Source: Gnetum montanum (Eukaryota > Plantae > Gnetophyta). From it: a stretch of 64,000 bases of DNA. The notes under the pieces were generated by a model. The model did no database searches, was not told the DNA's origin, and saw only the letters and a program-made list of their open reading frames with translations. Where the stretch lies: assembly GCA_015680685.1 (NCBI GenBank), contig MNCI01000001.1:316524-380523 (forward strand). Direction: 5' to 3'. The translations under genes and the position numbers were made by a program. Shown one piece after another: positions 39,007 through 52,513 of this stretch (positions are counted from its first letter, which is position 1; each line of letters begins with the position of its first letter).

Positions 39007-39744
39007 TTATACAAAATTAGTACTAAGTTGAGCTTCACCATCAAATCTCTTCACAGTATTCACCATCTTTAGACAAAACCAATAATTCACCTTAAATGGA
39101 TTTTTTCCAATAGCAACATGAAAAGTCTTATCATACAAAAACTCAACATTCTTCATCTTGTTGTTGGAAATTCTCTTACTCATTCTTCCTTCACCATCAA
39201 AATCATAATGTAGATTTCCTTCATGGTTTCCATTCATTTCAAATCTAAGATAATCAATTTCATTACTATTAATGTACATATTAACATCAATAAGGATGTT
39301 CTCATAGTGACTACTACTATAGTCATAATTATTAGGAAAATTATCATTATTAGTATTTCTTTTACCAAAAATGGCATCCAAAGTTACATTGCTTCCATCA
39401 TGCACAACATAACTCAAAACTTCATCACAATCACCACAATGATCATGATTCTCATCATTACAATGAAACAAACCACTACCAAGTTGAAGTGAAACACTAG
39501 AATCCAACATACTAGGTTCCACATAAGGTGCATTACTAATATCTGGAAGGTAAATGTTAGACTCACTTACCTCTTCATGGCTTCTCTTATTCATATTTAA
39601 TTCAACTTTATCTTTAACATATGGTTTTCCACTCTCATCAAAGCTTAAAGTTTCAAGATTCCACATAGAAGTCTCCAACTCCAATATTTTCTCCTCTTTC
39701 AAGGAATCATCCATAGCTTCTACTATCCTCTTTGAAGGTATCAA
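39007..39744 (-). CDS. Acidic, Asn-rich ORF with a His/Cys cluster, fused to an integrase C-terminal fragment (element D)
   Basis: 245-aa open frame containing FHCNDENHDHCGDCDE; ends in an EFAYN..GKSPF-like integrase motif. Confidence 0.55.
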   Translation of the reverse strand: MIPSKRIVEAMDDSLKEEKILELETSMWNLETLSFDESGKPYVKDKVELNMNKRSHEEVSESNIYLPDISNAPYVEPSMLDSSVSLQLGSGLFHCNDENHDHCGDCDEVLSYVVHDGSNVTLDAIFGKRNTNNDNFPNNYDYSSSHYENILIDVNMYINSNEIDYLRFEMNGNHEGNLHYDFDGEGRMSKRISNNKMKNVEFLYDKTFHVAIGKNPFKVNYWFCLKMVNTVKRFDGEAQLSTNFV

Positions 39745-40683
39745 CTTAAAAGATAAATCCTCCCTTATGGCTTTAACATCAAATTCATTACCAAATCAAT
39801 CATTCTTCCACATACCTTGGCTAGAAGACTCACCTCTCTCCCATGAGCTAGCCTCAACTTGGCAAAGAATCTTCTTTCCTTTGCCACAAGGTATAGAACA
39901 ATTACACAAAGAATAAGTATTGTACCCTCTAGTGATTTTCTTTATCCTTTTGGAATAAGTCCTTTGATCCTTGTCATTCCTTTGGCCTTGATCTTTTACC
40001 TCCCATAACTTATGAGGTAAGAACTATTTTTGGTTAGTAGCATACACTATCTTGAATTATGAAGATCTCTTGGTCTTTTTGATGAAGCTCTTGGTTCCCT
40101 CTTCTGAAAATTTTGAGTATTGAACACTATATTACTTAATAATAGATTCTTGATAACTTCTTTTCTCATTGATATCTACTTCATCATATCTTTCATCTTC
40201 TTTCCTAAATACCTTTGGAAATTTCAACCTACACATCATCATTGTTAGTAATAACTATTGTCATAACAACAAAACCAAAATTGGTTTCATCATGTTCCTT
40301 AATATATTTCCTCTCTCCTAGAAAGATTAAAGAAGCATCAAGTGGGCTTTACTACCTTACTTGTTTAACTATCATAGGAATCAAATCATGGATTCCATTA
40401 GGTCAAGAAACACTCTACATATTTCTTACTTCATCAAATTAAGCATCATTATCAAAATTCCTAGGTCTAGTAAGAATTACATTAGCACAATCTATTGGAA
40501 GTACATCACATTTTACAACATCTTGAAAAATTCAAATTTTAAATTTCAAAGTACATTTTTCCCTCGCCTCTTGAAAAAAATCTTTCAACAACTACTACAT
40601 CTTATGGGTTCTTGGATAAGGATTAGTTACCAAATCCAATCTAGTAACTACCTTAGAAGGAATACCATTTTCTTGGGCTCTCC

Positions 40684-42290
40684 TATAATGCCTAAAAAAT
40701 TCATTGCTAGAAAACCAAAAATCCCATGTGGAACAATTTAACTTTGAATCCTAAAAACCTCTACGAAGAGGATACAAAGCACATTGGGCAATCTTGTTGA
40801 TCACCTAGGGGCTTGGAAAGTGTAACTGATGCAATATAATTTAATAGAGAATGTAGATCTAATCTAAGAAAAAAGAAAAAAAATTAAACTTAGAATAAAC
40901 TTGCATAAATAGATCAACTATTAATTTTTCTTAAAATAATTAAAACACTATAAGAGAATAGTTTCAAAATGTACAAGTATGTGCCAAGATGTACAAGGAG
41001 TTTCTTGAATGATGTTTGAAGTCTAGTGAAATAGAAAGGTTATGTTTTGTAGTCAATTGCACAATCCAAACGCTTCCAAGCTCCAACTTCCAAAAACTCC
41101 TTGTTGGTTCTTAGATGTTGATCTATTGCATTGATGTGTTGTAATGGTGGATAAAATGCTTGATCTTTTATTGTTGGGCAAAGCACTAAGAGACTCTAAT
41201 GCTTAGCCAATTACCAATTTGCTAAAAGTCCTTTTAAAGTGTTGGAAATTTATTTAAATAAGATACTAGTATTTAATTTGTTGTTGTACATTTTTTGGCA
41301 TGATTCCTAATAACTTGATGTAATTTTCAAATATGGTAGACCATCATTTTTAGCATAGTTTCTCATTTGTGGTAAATTTTGATGCACCCAAACCATCAAA
41401 ACTATTCTAGATATCATAATAGTAAACTATGTTGGCTTCACCCAACTATGCTAGCCTTGTAAGATCCATGCTTGACATCTACTAAAACTATGTTGACTTC
41501 ATGGAATCCACACTAAAACTATGGAAACTATATCAGTCTTGTGAAACCACACTAGCAGTATGTCATCCACACTAGAAAAAGTTGGAACTACATTGGCCAA
41601 CTAGAAAGCCCCATCCACACTAGGACTATGCTAGAACTATGCTAGCTAGCTAGGAAGCCCCATCCATGCTAGGACTATGTTGGAGCTACACTAGCTAGCT
41701 AGGAAGCCCCATCCATGTTGGAACTACACTAGAGCTATGTTAGCAAGATAGGAAGTCCCATCAATGCTAGGACTATGCTAAAACTATGCTGGAAAGCTAG
41801 GAAGTCTTCATCCATGCTAGGACTATCCTGGAACTATGATGGCTAGCTAGGAAGCCTTCATCTACACTAGGATTATTCTAGAACTATGTTTGAAATATAG
41901 GAAGGCTCATCTATGTTGGGACTATGAATTAACTACATTAGATAGCTAGGAAGAGTGAAAACCAAACAATTCCAATGCTGGGTGTAGGTGGTTCCAGCGT
42001 AGTTTTGGCTATGGCCAACATAACACCCATGAAAACATCCAACATGGAAACTTTCAAGGCATTTTTAGCCTTTCCAAGCCCAAATATAGACATGAAATGA
42101 CTTTTTCCTCTTGGGAAGTGAGACTATAACAACTTATGAGGTATTTTTTTAGCCTTAAAAAGTTGGAATGTGTGAGATTACAGCTTATGAACTATAAACC
42201 TCATATTTTACACTAGAATTCAACTCAATTTTAATGGTGAAGGTCATAATTCCATAAAGTTACAACATGAATTTTCTTGGTGGTGTTTCA
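40684..42290 (-). repeat. 3' LTR of element B
   Basis: Colinear with 49434-51073; TGAAACACC..GGCATTATA. Confidence 0.92.
41590..41960. repeat. ~49-bp tandem array in the element B 3'LTR (~8 units)
   Basis: TAGGAAGCCCCATCCATGCTAGGACTATG units starting at 41602, 41651, 41700, 41749, 41798, 41848, 41898, 41947. Confidence 0.9.
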
Positions 42291-44259
42291 TTAGTCCCTC
42301 TTTGTTGATGTTTTGAGAAATAACCCCAGATACATTGACAAAGAATAGAAAACACCACCGTAGGTCAATCACTAATGTTTCCTCTCTTCACTTGATTTTG
42401 TAGCATCAAACCATGCCAAAGAGTGCTTGTGATGATGGGATAAATGTTATGATGAGATGATATAGGTTAAAGGCTATATTTGATAGTGAGGAAATGGTCA
42501 CATGGGTTAATAGTGAATTCCAAATGTTGACATCATGGTCATGGTATGACAATGACATGCATATTAATTAGTTAGTCCTTGTGCTTCATGCTTCAAAGTA
42601 TTGGCCATTCAATAATATTTTTGAGAATTCAACAGTCCACTCTAAGACTTATTTGGTCATTTGGCTCCTCCCTTTGTATGTTTGGAACTGTTGATTTTTC
42701 TTTTTGGCTTCATTGGCCTCTCAACTTCTTGACAATTTTCTATTTTTTTATTTTTCTCTTTTTTTCTTTCTTTTTTATTATAAGGAAAAACCTTCATTAG
42801 GTTTCATTGCCAAGGCTAAACTTAGTTTGGTTTAATCATTCAATAATATGTCTTACGTCCAACAAATTTGATGGTGAATTAAGACAAAGGAGATGTCACA
42901 TGGCCACAATGCATGCATGTAAAACATTAGTCATCATTGTTATTTAGGGTAAGGAAGGTTATACATTGCACTATGGGATTATGGTTCAAGAGCGGTAATA
43001 AAAGTGATGTGAATCAAGCACTCTTGGTATGATAGGACAAGCTCACCAAATCTTATGCATCAAGATCACATTGTAACGTATTTCCATGATTAGTTGCACC
43101 TCTATGATAACTCCCAAGCTTCATCCTACAAGCACAATTCCAAGAGAACAAGAAAACATTTCATTACAAAATAATACATAGGGCTATATGAGACAACCAG
43201 CAAACCAAGCCACCATAGGTTATTATCATTATAAGATAGAGAGAGATGTATGTAATTTGCATTGGATTCACAAAACTTTTTAGTTCATTCTTTGTGTCAA
43301 AAAAAGAGAGAGCATGCAGGCTCACTTATTATAGACCATCGAAGTCATCAACATCAGTCATTCATCCCTACTTGTTAACAATGATAAACAACACACCAAG
43401 AAAATATGTAAGTATTAGATGTAATCATGGCTATGTAATGGCTTTAATGTTGCATTGCAAGGATTTGATGATGTCATGAGTAGGCTTAAGTTCTAGTGAG
43501 GAACTTGGTTCCATGTGTTTTCTCTAGTTTAGATGAGAATTTTGACCAAGGGAACTCTCCATGATGTTTCTAGTTTCAAGGTTAATGGTCATCAAGAAAC
43601 TTCAAGGTGTTTTGGTTGTATGGTAAAATGGCTTCAAAGGCTTAGATCAAGTTTGTCTAAGAACATCATAAGAGGGGCCCATTTGGGTTTTAAGGCCAAC
43701 TGAATTTGCTTTCTCATCCTCCTATCTCATTCTTGCATGTCAACATAAGCTAATCAAGTAGTACCTGTATCATAAAACTATCAAAAAAATTAACATGCTT
43801 TAATAATAAATCAAATATGGGTCAAAACAAATTAATCAATGCCAAGCAAGGTTAAAACATTGTTAACATAGGTCTCAAGAGGTAGATTTAGACAAACAAG
43901 TTGAAATAAAGAGAAAATAATGTAGGATGGGGCTAAATGAAGGCCAAATGATGGTTTAAAATCCATGAAATGGTGTCAAAAAAGGTCAAATAAGGCCTTA
44001 ATGATGTCAAATTGAGCCAATTAAGATCCACATGATGCCAAATGATGAAGGAATGTGGTCAAACAAGGCCAAATGAAGCAAAAAATGATAAAATAAAGTC
44101 AACTGTCACTATATGACATGATAGTGATAAAAAATAATGTAAAATAAGATCAAGTATGGTCAAAAATAGTGGGGAACAAGGCCAAAAAAGGCCAAAAAAG
44201 GCAAGGTAGGCAACATATGACCCCACATGGTTAATTGAGATCACATTTTTTGCCAATTT

Positions 44260-44625
44260 TATGCCTTAACAGGTCATGACATTGTCAGTTTTAGACCTTA
44301 GCAAGCTATGATGTTGCCAATTTTAGGCCTTAGCAAGTCATGCCTTGCCAATTTTAGGCCATAGTAGGCCATGTGTTGCCAGGTTTAGGCCATAGTGGGC
44401 CATGGGTTACCAGTTTTAGGCCATAGTGGACCATGCATTACTAGTTTTAAGCCATAGCAAGTCATGCATTACTAGTTTTAGGCCATAGTAGGTGATGCAT
44501 TACCAGTTTTGGGTCATAGCAAGCCATGTGTTGCTAGTTATAGGCCATAGCAGGCCATCTACTGGCAATTTTAGGCCATAGTTGGCCATGCATTGCTAGT
44601 TTTATGTCATAGGAAGCCATGGTTC
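44260..44625 (-). repeat. 31-bp tandem array (R family) after the protease of element B, ~12 units
   Basis: Reverse complement reads CTATGGCCTAAAACTAGTAATGCATGG; period 31. Confidence 0.9.
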
Positions 44626-44759
44626 ATACATTGTCTAATAAGTATGGAATTATCTCAAAAGAGCATATAAGGCTAAAGCCTATATTGAAACATGATATAA
44701 TGTTGTAAAAGTGATCAAATGATCCTTAATAAGAAAGAGGATAAGACATTTACTACAAA

Positions 44760-47700
44760 CTTGTTGTTTGACCTTTGATAGATTAGAAAAATCCCTTTTG
44801 CATAATTTTATGCTCACTATCTCTCTTGTTTATCATGGCAAGTTGTAGGCATTTTTTTTGATTATCCCATGTCACAGAGTTGATATTGCCAACATCATTA
44901 TTGTCCTTCTTGTCGGTGATTCTAGTCTAAGTATCTGGAGTTGTCTTGAAACTCCACTTCTAAACCTCAGTTGATGTTGACATAGTTAACTAAATGTAGT
45001 GACATATTATCTCCATGAATGATAATTTCCCCTCCCTCATAGGGCAAGTGAATCTCCTACTATATAGAAATGAGACTACATGAAGCCTAGCCAACCATGG
45101 CCTTCCTAGGATTAAGTTGAAGCCAAATGTCTCTTAAACCACTAGAAACTTGGCAGATGTAGGGAATTTCTCACCAACTACAAAATCCAAAGAGATGGAA
45201 CCTCACACCACTACTCATGACCCATTAAATGACTTGAGTGCTAAGGTAGTGGTTTCTTGGTTTCTTGAGTGCTAAGCTTAGTTTGTCAACAATGGTGTAT
45301 GGTATCACATTGGTTGCTAACTCACCATACACATGAACATGATGAACCTTGTACCTACCAACTCATATAGTGATAAGAAGATGAGTAAATAGTTCTTCTT
45401 TGCTTTAAGAGTTGATCTTCACCTCACTCTTGTAAGAGTTGAGCATGGGTTGATGCCTATTCTCCCTAAGTGAAGCTTGCTCAATGAAAAAGTGGATTTA
45501 ATCTTTGTTTGTGGGAATGTATCTACTCATAGGGATATAGGTTAACACCTAATCTAGTGCATCTTTATGATTAGGAGAAGTCATGATTAGGTCATAAAAG
45601 TTTGGCAAGGTGTTCTTTTCTTAAGGGACCATTTAGCTTTTTCCATTATTATGCGGAAACTCTTTTCCTTGGTGTGTGATCATTTAGCCTTAGTGGTTTT
45701 AACTTCATTCTTCATAGAGTTTGTGACTTAGATTTCAATGTATGTGCCTTGGGCCTATTCCCTATGGATGTAGTTGGTCTTGGTATAGACCTTAGTAAGT
45801 AAACTTACTTTGAAGCCTATTTTTGTTAATTACCTTTAGTGGGTTTTTTTGTTGATTTGGAGACAAGTTATTTTCATCACCATTGTGGTGATGATTGTGT
45901 ACTAGCTATTGAGTTTTTGGCCACTATAAGTGGGCTTTAATCATGGGTTGTTGCAGGTTTAGTCATTGAAGGTGAAGGGACCTAGATAACAAATGGTTTC
46001 CTAGGTTTTGAAGGACTAGTAACTCATAGTCTAGGTTGTGAAGTTGATGCCATTGAAGGTGGGAGATGTATGATGAAAGGCTTTTAAGGGGCTAGAGGGG
46101 ATGCTAATTTTATGACAAAGGGCTCTGTAGGCTTTGTATTTTAAATCCACAATGGTACTTTTATATCAAACAGTTCCCTAAGAGGATTAATCCATTTGGT
46201 TTCTATGAATGAGGCTACAATATAAGAGTTATCATTGGCACTTAGAGAATTAGGCTCATTCAACACCAAACTCTCCATCTTCTAGAGGTCATCCTTTAAC
46301 GCTAGGTAAAAATTGATATCATGACTAGCCATTTGATGATAATGACAATACCTATCCAATTTGAAATACTTCAATAGCTTCAAATCATCTTTGATTACTA
46401 TCATTGAATCTATAGCTATGTCACAAAGATGACCATGCCTCTTATGAGCTTCCTTAGATAATTGCTTATGTTGTGTATGATTGTCTTTAAGAAACTATTC
46501 TAAACATTTAAAGGGCTTAATCAATAACCTAGTATACTTTTACCCATTCTTCCATCCAAATTTTGGTCTTGGTTGATTTGAGGCATATGACGTAGATGGA
46601 TGGGATGATTTAGGGAATGTGTTATGTGGTGGTGATCCGCACTTTTTCCCTTGTTTAGATTCTTTTTTTAGTCTATCCATGGTTTTATGTTATTTCTTAT
46701 TTTTATTGCTATCCCTCCTTGCATGTTGGTTTTTATAGGCCACATAGGCTAGATCATTACTAGCCACAACTACCTTCTTGATGTTTCTTGGTTTCTGAGA
46801 AGGCTTGGCTTAGCGATCGAGGCTCTAAGTAGTAAATCTTTGACTTAATAAAATCATTTACTACTCCCTTAAAGATGGAAAAGAGGTTATTTTCAAAGAT
46901 AGGCTCTAAAATCTTGTTGAGCATTGAGTTCCATTTCTGAATGAACCTTTTCACTAGTTCAAGTAGCCTCTACTTCACCTTCATCAATTGATATAATGTG
47001 GCATCCAACTTTAAGTTGTATCTGAAGTGGTTGACAACTTGGTTTATCAAGTCTTCAAGGAAAGAGATAGAGTCTCTAGGTAAGGTTTGGTGCCAATCCA
47101 AAGCCATTCCATTAAGGGACATAGGAAAAATCCTCAATATTGTATGTGGCCATGCTTGCAAAAAGAGGCACTTAGAATGACTAAGTGTGCATTGGGATCC
47201 CCTTCATTATTATATTTGATGAAGTTTGGTATAAGCATGTCTACATGTAAGGTTATTTGAGACATGGTAGGGCTTATAAGATCATTGTGGTAAAATTCTA
47301 GAACCTTGACCATCTGAGTTGTATTGGCCTTGAGTTTTTGTAGCTCTTCAGTAAGATCTTAGATTGTTTGGAAGGCTTTATCTAAGCCTTGGGGCATCCC
47401 TATAGGCTGTGGTATTTGTGTTGATGGTTAAGGAGGAAGTTGTGAGGCTTAAGATCATGTGATGGGTATTAAGATGGACAAAAGGATTTGAATGACCACC
47501 ATTCCAAGTGGATTGTACAAGAAGAAGGAGTTTTGAGTTGGGACATGTGGTATGAAGGAAGAAAAGGGAGTATGAGAGGCCTATGTTTCTTGTGGCCCTG
47601 ATGAGGGTCCTACTACTATGACAAAGGGAGATGGTGAGGTAGACATCACTAAAGCTAGGTACATGGAATGAGGTGGTATTGCAAAGGACATTGATGAGAA

Positions 47701-48200
47701 CAAAGAGGTAGAATAAGGCACAAGATTTCCCTTGTGTGTGGAATTGATGGGTGTAGATCCAAGCATAGTAGGATGGATAGGAAAAGAAGAAGATTGTGAA
47801 ACTTGTTCCATAGATGAGGTAGGAAAGGATAAACTAGGAGTAGTTTTCTAGGAAGCCAAAGGTTGGAAAAAAAACTCCACATGAATGTGTCCAACTCCAA
47901 TTCGACCTCAAACTCATTATGCTCTTCTTGGCAATCCTCCAAGCTAATTTCCTCACTAAACTCATCAAAATCTATGAGTTGTATGAGCATTTGTACATAA
48001 AATTTGGTGAGGGGAATTGGTCATAAGGAGATTGGATGTATTCTTTTCCATCTTGTGTATAATTTCAAATTGACACTTTGCATCAGATTCAAAGTGTAAT
48101 ATTAAGGGAACAACTTGCATCTTAACATAGAGGAAGTTGTAGAACTCCTCATTAATCACTGTGAATTTTGGGTTCTTGCCCCATGGCCTAAGGGATTATC
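44760..48200 (-). pseudogene. gag and protease of element B
   Basis: Retrotrans_gag IFPMSLNGMALDWHQTLPRDSIS; YCHYHQMASHD (decayed CxYHxxxGH knuckle); protease with LILGRPWL (~45090-45120). Confidence 0.88.
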
Positions 48201-48369
48201 TTCATTCTATGACCATAGGGTCTTTTTGATCATAGATATGAACTACATCTTAGTTGGAGGCCATGTATGCAAGCTTTAGTGGTAGCATAATTGATCTGTG
48301 AAAGGACATTAATTGGTACCAACAAAATTGCATTGGACTTTGCAAAACCCTGTTGAGCTAGGAAAGAAC

Positions 48370-48480
48370 TACACTAGGCTTTGTAAAACCAAGCTAGGCT
48401 AGCAAAAACTAAGCTAGGCTTTATAAAACTAAGTTGGACTAGCAAAACTAAGCTAGGCTTCATAAAACTATGTTGGGCTT
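48370..48480. repeat. Short tandem repeats in the element B 5' leader
   Basis: aaaactaagctaggct units repeated. Confidence 0.65.
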
Positions 48481-48527
48481 TGTGTGCACACCGAAAATCC
48501 ACTTTTGTAAAATTTTGAAGTTTAGGT

Positions 48528-48577
<50 letters not shown>

Positions 48578-49433
48578 CCCCANAATGCCCAACACTTAAT
48601 AGAAAAATTAGTGTATGGTCAAACTTCTTGTAGTTTTATGCACTAGGCTTTGAAAAGTCTAACAATTATTTAAAAATTAAAAAATAAAACCAAACTTTCT
48701 ATAGTTTTTATGTTGGACTTTAAAAAGTCTAGCACTTATTGTAAAAATTTGAATATGAAAAAAATTATTGTTGGTAATATGTTAAGTTTTGGAAGATACA
48801 CTAGTATTCTTCCAAATAGACATTAATGATAAAAAATGCATGTTTGGTTTTCCTTGTTAAGAATTGTTGGTGTATTTTTCCTTTATGGAAAACAATGCTA
48901 GGACATTTTTTCCTTATGGAAAAAAACTATGCTACCTTTAATATGGTAATGAGAAGTATAATGTTTCACCAAAAATACACTGGGTATTTTGGAAAAGCTA
49001 CACTAGGGTTTGTGATGATTGAAAATGTAATTGATTCACCAAAACTATGCTAGGTAGTTTGGTAAGGGGAAAGGTGGGTTACTTTTGCCAAGAAACCTAA
49101 TGGAAAAATTCACAATAGGAAATAGGTGGTGGAAAGATGTGATGGACTTTGGAAAACCCAAGGCCATGTTTTTACAACCAAGTATTGCAAGTTTCTTAAG
49201 AAACTACATTAGCTTCCAAAAGTCCAACAACTACTATGAATTTCACAACAACACCCAAACTAACTGCAACCACCATGTAGGTATTAATTGCAAGATGATG
49301 GATGGTAAAGTTGATTTTTTTGGTAGATTTGAATGGAGTTTTAAAGGTTTAAATTTATAAAACTTAGCTTAGAAACAAAAATTTGAATCAATTAAAGAAC
49401 TTGGATGGAGGTCATCCTTCTAGCACTAGAAAC

Positions 49434-51073
49434 TATAACGCCTGAAAAATTTAGTGTTGGAAAACTAAAATTTCTAGATGAAACAATTTAACTTTGGATC
49501 CCAGGGGCCTCCAAGAAGAGAATCCAAGGCATCCTAAATGATCTTTTCAATCACCCAAGGACTTAAAAAGTGTAAATGATGCAATATAATTTAACAAAGA
49601 ATGTAGATCTAATCTAAGAAAAAAGCACAAAACTTAAACTTAGAATAAACTTGCACAAACAAATGAACTATTGATTTTTATTAAAGCAATAAAAATGCTA
49701 CAAGAGTAGAGTTTTAAGATATAAAAGTATGTGGCTAGATGTACAAGGAGCTTTCCAAATGATGTTTGAAGTCTAGTAAAACTAGTAGGTTGTGTTCTGT
49801 AGTCACTTGTACAATCCAAGATCTTTCAATTGTAGCCAGTTCTTAGATGTGGATCTACTTAGTTAGTGTGTTGTAATGGTGGGTAAAATGCTTGACTTTT
49901 TTCTACTTGGCAATGCACTGAGAATCTCCAATGCTCAGCCAATTGCCAATTTTCTAAAAGTCCTTTCAAAGTGTTGGAATTTGATGTAAATAGGTTGTTG
50001 GTGTTTAATTTGTTGCTTTAAATTTTCTACCATGATTGTTGATAGATTGATGTAATTTGTAGGTGTGGTAGGCCATTATATCTAGTGTTATTTTCCATTT
50101 ATGATAAATTTTTGGTGCACCCATGGCATCCAAACTATGCTAAATATCATAAATAGTAAACAAACTTTTGCAAACTATGTTGGCTTCACCCAACTATGCT
50201 GGCCTTGTGATATCCAACTTAACATTGTGGCATCTACTAGAACCACACTAGCTTCATGGAATCCATGCTAAAACTATGGAAACTATGCTAGCCTTGTGGA
50301 ACCATGTTGGCATTATGGAATCCAAGCCAGGACTACATTCAAACTATGTTGGCTAGCTAGGAAGCCCCATCCATACTAGGACTATGTTAAAACTACACTA
50401 GCTAGTTAGGAAGCCCCATCCATATTAGGAATATGCTAGAACTACGTTGGCCAACCAAGAAGTCCAATCCATGTTGGGACTATGCTTGAGCTACGTTGAC
50501 CAACTAGGAAGCTCCATCCATGTTGGTGCTACATTGGCCAACTAGGAAGCCCCATCCATGCTCAGACTATGCTAGAACTACACTAGCTAGATAGGAAGCC
50601 TTCATCCACACTAGGACTATGCTAAAACCACGTTGGCCAAATAGGATGTCTTCATCCATGTTGGGACTATAATAGCCAACTACGAAGCCCCATCCATGCT
50701 AGGACTACATTGGAACTACACTGGCCAACTAGGAAGAGTGAAAATCCAACAATTTCAACACTAGGTGTAGGTGGTTCCAACGTAGTTTTGGCTATGGCTA
50801 ACATAACACCCATGAAAACACCAAATATGGTAACTACCAAGGCATTTTTAGCATTCCCAAGCCAAAATATAAACATGAAATAACATTTTCCACATTGGAA
50901 ATGAGGCTATAACAACTTATGAGGCACTTTTTAGCCTCAAGAAGTAAAAATGTGTGTGATTGCATCTCATGAACTATAAACCTCACATTTAACAATAGAA
51001 TTTGGCCTTAAGTTTAATTGTGAAGGTCATAATGCCAAAAAGTCACAACATGAATTTTCTTGGTGGTTTCTCA
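49434..51073 (-). repeat. 5' LTR of element B (holds the ~49-bp array 50330-50740)
   Basis: TGAGAAACCACC..GGCGTTATA; colinear with 40684-42290. Confidence 0.92.
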
Positions 51074-52450
51074 TCCCTCATCAATCAAAATATGAATCCA
51101 TTCCCTAGTAAGCAAACAACTAGCTTCAATTTGAAAAAAAAAATTTCCTATCAGGATGATCTCCTCTATTGATATTTCTCGTGAATGCATAAGAATTCAA
51201 TTCACAAAAATCCTGAATTTTTTAAGCATTAGGATTACCTCTAAAGAGCTTGGCTTGACATCTCATCCACTTCCATGGTTTCCACATCATTATCCTTGGC
51301 TACCATATGAAGCATACTTTCCAATTGCTTGTATCCCCATTCTTCACATTTGAAGCACTGTAGTTTTAATGACATACTTTTTTGACCCTTTCCTCCCTTG
51401 CCTTGGTCATCTTGGCTTTTTCCTTCTTATCAACTCTTTTAGTCTTCTTATCTTGGCTACCATCCTTGTCTTTAGATCTGGACTTGGATCACTTATTAGA
51501 TCTAGATCCCTTGTCCATTCCTTTGGATGATTATTTGCTCCTATTTTCAAATCCACCTAATTTCTTCTTAGCCTTGAGTGCCAAATCATAAGCCTTATCA
51601 AGAGTTTATGGCTCATAAAAGGAAAAATATTTATAGTGCACCATTTTGAGAACTCATAAAAGGATTGAAACTTATTTATACTCCTTTCAGTTTACCTTAG
51701 CTTGGTGGCATAGATCACAAAGTTCAATGTAGAATTCTTTAACATCCTTGTCACCTTACCTTAGAAATTTTAACTTCATAATGGTTTCTTATCTCTAATG
51801 AAACTATTTAAATTTACTTTTCAACCTATATTTCATCATATCCCAATCTCTAATAGATTGACCATGTCATCTTTCATAACCATGGGACTCTTTTATCCAC
51901 CAAGTAGAAGTCATGCCTTCTAATGTAGATTTAGCAATAGGTGCCCTCAAGTTATTCGAAATCTCTTCCAATTGAAAACACTTTTCAAATACCTTTAGCC
52001 AACTTGTAAAATCATTGGTGCCATCTACACCATTGAAATTCCTCAACTCTACGTATAGAAGTTTTAACGCATTTTTAAATGCTATTGTAAGCCTTGCCTC
52101 ATCTTCCTCATCAAGCTTTCTTGAAGAAGTATTGAACACCGCTAGACCACTTGGAGTTCTTATTTGAGAAATAGGGTTTCCTTCCATTGGAATCCTTGGC
52201 TAATTATTTTCTATACTCCCATAGCTAGATTGACCTTCTTCTTCATCCACTTCATCTCCACCAGGCTATGAAACTTCTTCATCTTAACATTCATGCTTCT
52301 CACCTCCACGGGTCTAGATATGGCTAGGACCAAATTGTCTATCCACCTTCACACTGATTTCAACTAATAGAACAAACATCATCTCAAAGGTAGACTTCAT
52401 GCTCTTCATGTTCTTATTTAGAGCTTGCACATATTTCTTCTTGGGTGCCA
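51074..52450 (-). pseudogene. gag, decayed zinc knuckle and protease N-terminus of element D
   Basis: NFNGVDGTNDFTSWLKVFEKCF..LEGMTSTWW; CFKCEEWGY near 51350; WIHILIDEG at the element B junction. Confidence 0.8.
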
Positions 52451-52513
52451 TTTAAAATTGATAAAATCCTTAATTAAAATCCAAGAAATAATAAAACTAG
52501 GCTCTAATACCAA

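Larger units (their letters stand above)
40684..51073 (-). mobile_element. Complete Tat-family gag-PR-only LTR element B (10.4 kb)
   Basis: LTRs 49434-51073 and 40684-42290; PBS-like TAGTGCTAGAAGGA after the 5'LTR; PPT AAAGAGGGA before the 3'LTR; flanks AGGGA/GGAGA (decayed TSD); gag and PR present, no pol. Confidence 0.92.

Noticed and set aside
41590-41960. Regular repeats resembling a CRISPR array (also 44260-44625, 11681-11930)
   Set aside because: Units are contiguous tandem repeats without unique spacers, there are no cas genes, and the context is eukaryotic retrotransposon.
48374-48595. Poly-Lys ORF and long T run
   Set aside because: A homopolymer next to an assembly N (48583); not a protein and not a supported retrocopy tail.
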